Source: Octopus sinensis
Lineage: Eukaryota
Length of the DNA: 64,000 nt
Assembly (NCBI RefSeq): GCF_006345805.1
Contig: NW_021835996.1
Coordinates: 62,001-126,000, forward strand
Direction of reading: 5' to 3'
Part shown: one piece after another, positions 61,272-64,000 of the stretch
Layout of the letters: each line of letters opens with the position of its first letter
How positions within the stretch are numbered: position 1 is the stretch's first letter
The notes under the pieces: model-generated
Told to the model about the DNA's origin: nothing
What the model saw: only the letters and a program-made list of their open reading frames with translations
Database searches by the model: none
Translations under genes and position numbers: made by a program

Positions 61272-61940
61272 TTAAAAACGTGCACAAGTTTTTTTCCATT
61301 GACATTGTTTACACCACAAATGACGTTTTTCTGCTCCATACACTTTTCGACATTTCCCATTTTGAGCTTTATTGAAAATCTGTTTTCTTTTAGATTTATT
61401 TCCATTTTTAATGTTCTAACAAATTTAAAAAATCAAATACCGTTTTTTTAGACTGCGTTTTTTTGGACTCAATTATTGTATTTTTTGTAGGAAATGTATT
61501 CCAAGAGATGATTCATATTAGTAGTTTTCAGTATTTGCAATTTGTTCAGCGTATTCATATTCAATCACATTTGAATCATCTTTTAATCTTTCGTCGTACA
61601 TTTCTTTGTAATATTTGGAATCACCATATACACTATCTTCTGAAGAATCTGAAAGACACTAAAAATAATTTAAGAAAATCAAAATTACAAAATCAGATTC
61701 TTGTTTCAGAACACGATTTAAATGTCGGAACATGTATTCAGACGTTTTCATAAATTTACGATGTCTCGGATCACGTTCATTCTTTAAATAATCTAAAATG
61801 ATCATTATGATCTACCTTGAAAGCAATATTCCAAATCCTGCTGGTATTGTTCTGATATGGACTTTTTTATGGGCCTTCGGTATCTGAAATGTATTGTTGA
61901 ACATATTTAAATACCGATTAATTACAATTTTCAACATTTA
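61272..61940 (-). CDS. C-clamp (CRARF) domain protein, ZNF395/ZNF704/SLC2A4RG-type C-terminus
   Basis: A frame not shown in the ORF track, 61272-61358, reads [28 protein letters not shown]. Upstream exons have tiny introns, but the frame is not cleanly restorable. Confidence 0.75.
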
Positions 61941-63219
61941 GCGATTAAAAAAATTTCCTTATTTAATAAAGAGTCGTATTTATTTTTTGATACTTTCTAA
62001 ACTTACTACGTTTAGGTAGTATAGGAAATAACTTTTTTACAATTAGGAAATAAAAAATGTCCAAGGTTAACTTTAAAGTTTATGATATCAAATAGTTAGA
62101 AAGCTATTGGAACATTACAACAACCCGATATTAGGTTCTACGGTAAGGTAATTGAGATGATTACAGGAAGTATCATCACCTTTAAAAAAAACTTTTTTAC
62201 TACAATAAAAACAAGATTTCGACTAAAATCTTAAGTAAAATTATTTTAAAAAGTCGAAATTCTTTCAAAATAGCAAATTAAATTTACTTCCACATTTACG
62301 TTTTAGCGCAAAATTTCCGTTTTAGTATAAATCAAATTTACTGCGATAAATTTATTAAAATGGACGGAATTGGTCTAAACTGTGTGTCACTCAACCTTAT
62401 CACAATTTTAAAAAAAATAGTCCGAAATTTTGTGGAAAGTCTCACAGCTATAACACTCATAATTATGAATCAATTGGTGGAACTACTTGCCCAAATTATG
62501 AAAAAACACAAACAGTGACATTCTTCCTATTACCTTTAATTGAATATCTACAATCTTAATTAGTTTTTAACTCTGTCTGTTCTTATTAATTATTATTTAT
62601 TTAACAAAAAATTAATATTAATTGATCTTAAATTCTCTAGAACAGTCATAGTCTCTCCTTTCTCTTCAGAGCGCCCTTCAAAGTGTGTGGCTTTGAAGAG
62701 AGTAGATGATGCTAGTTCAAACTGGTCAACATAGGATCGTAGGTTAATAGGGAGATGCTTATTTTCGAGTAACTATAGACACCATCACTCTCACAAGACT
62801 TGCAATTTAAAGAACTTTTTTTATTTATGAATATTTTTCAAATTGTAAATTCTCCTTTTTAGGTTTTCTTACCTTAAACAGCTGTTTAACAATTGGAATG
62901 CTTTTGCTGGTAGAAAAACCTTATGGAGTGGAAAATCTTTCGAAAGAAGTTAGATATAATTTTATGAATTGTGATTTTAATTATTTTTATGATTTGAAGC
63001 ATTGATTTTAGAAATTGATAAAAGAAAATTAGTTACTTCGATTATTTCTGTCTGTCGAAAGTTACTTCCTTAATCAGATAATCAATTTTTCTAATAAAAC
63101 CATTTGTAAAATTAGTAAAAACAAAATTCGAGACTAATTGAGTCGCAGCGATGTTTGTAGAATTTACTCACCGCATCACCTCACGTTAGTACTAGTGGTG
63201 CTCTATAGTGGTGCTCTAT

Positions 63220-64000
63220 AGTTACCTTTGCGTTGTGGATTACTCCCAGTACACTGGCAAAGTAATCGTACTTATGGAGCTTTCCCACCTCAACTTTAGG
63301 TTTTTTGGGAGGTGATCCCAATCTCAATAAGATCATTGTGTTCCTCATGCCCGGCTTGTTATTCTAGATTCTCAAATTCGTACTTATTGTCGTGTCAAAA
63401 CGAATCTCCACAGAATTATTCGCAACCACTGACTGAACAGATGAGTTTTCAACCTCCTGGATTTCTTAATTACATACTTCGTACATAACTGCAGATGTAT
63501 ACACTTCACTACTTCTTTGTTTCTTCCTTCTTAAGTAGTCACTATTTAGCATTCAACAACACATCGTCATTAAGTGATCAACTGTCTTCGTGGCTAAGTT
63601 ACAGTGACTGCACAATGCTCCAACATTGTCGAAAAATAAATTACGGTCCTGTATTAGACACAGAAGCCCCTCGCTTATCAGGGAGTTATTTCCATGAGAT
63701 AAGCAATAGAAAGATTCATCGATATCGACGTTGGAATCGTTTAAACACTCGAAAGAGAATTGCATGCAATTGTTTTTTCTTCTGTACTTCCTTCAGCATG
63801 TTCAAATCAAGGTCCCCAGTTTCTTAAATACTTTACTCGCGCTTGAGGTATTCCGCGATTGTGCCCAAGTGAGTTTTCTTTGCATGAATGGCCTGCAGAA
63901 TCCCATCTTTCCTATGGCAGTAACGAGACTTTTCTCAAAATCACGGAGGAATAGGAGAAATATCCGTTCACTTTTGTGGACAGTAGATACGAGTCCTCTC
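63220..64000 (-). mobile_element. R4/Dong-like retrotransposon 3' remnant (runs off window)
   Basis: RGLVS..., LIQDRNLF...CSHC...KTVDHLMTMC, LIEIGITS. Confidence 0.78.

Overview
AT-rich eukaryotic, almost certainly metazoan, nuclear DNA. Host genes are split by many ultrashort spliceosomal introns (about 24-34 nt in those I reconstructed), so the ORF track misses or fragments most of them. Ultrashort introns at ancestral animal positions, cilia genes (DNAI3/WDR63, STK33) and a mitochondrial SerRS fit a dicyemid-like mesozoan best; this is inference, not proof. Recognisable genes are ERH, an Sm/LSm-fold gene, SARS2, NOL6, STK33, RPS4, an Evi1/Prdm16-type C2H2 mini-gene, WDR81, DNAI3, a calmodulin-like gene, a C-clamp gene and tRNA-Pro(AGG), plus broken ABCG and PGM3 copies. 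Compact gene blocks alternate with transposon islands. These hold an intact Buster/SPIN-type hAT, an intact PHD-finger CRE-clade retrotransposon, two Tc1 elements, a Merlin element, a MITE and many CRE, R4-like and LINE remnants. The most notable signals are four. (1) Transposase genes of three unrelated superfamilies (Tc1, hAT, Merlin) carry host-sized 25-30 nt introns, some flanked by duplicated AG|GT sequence, while their relatives in the window are intronless. (2) 3' splice sites appear to be chosen by distance, skipping good TTTAG/CTAG sites for AAG, GAG and possibly GG. (3) The CRE retrotransposon carries an N-terminal PHD finger. (4) There are unexplained GC-rich structured islands.
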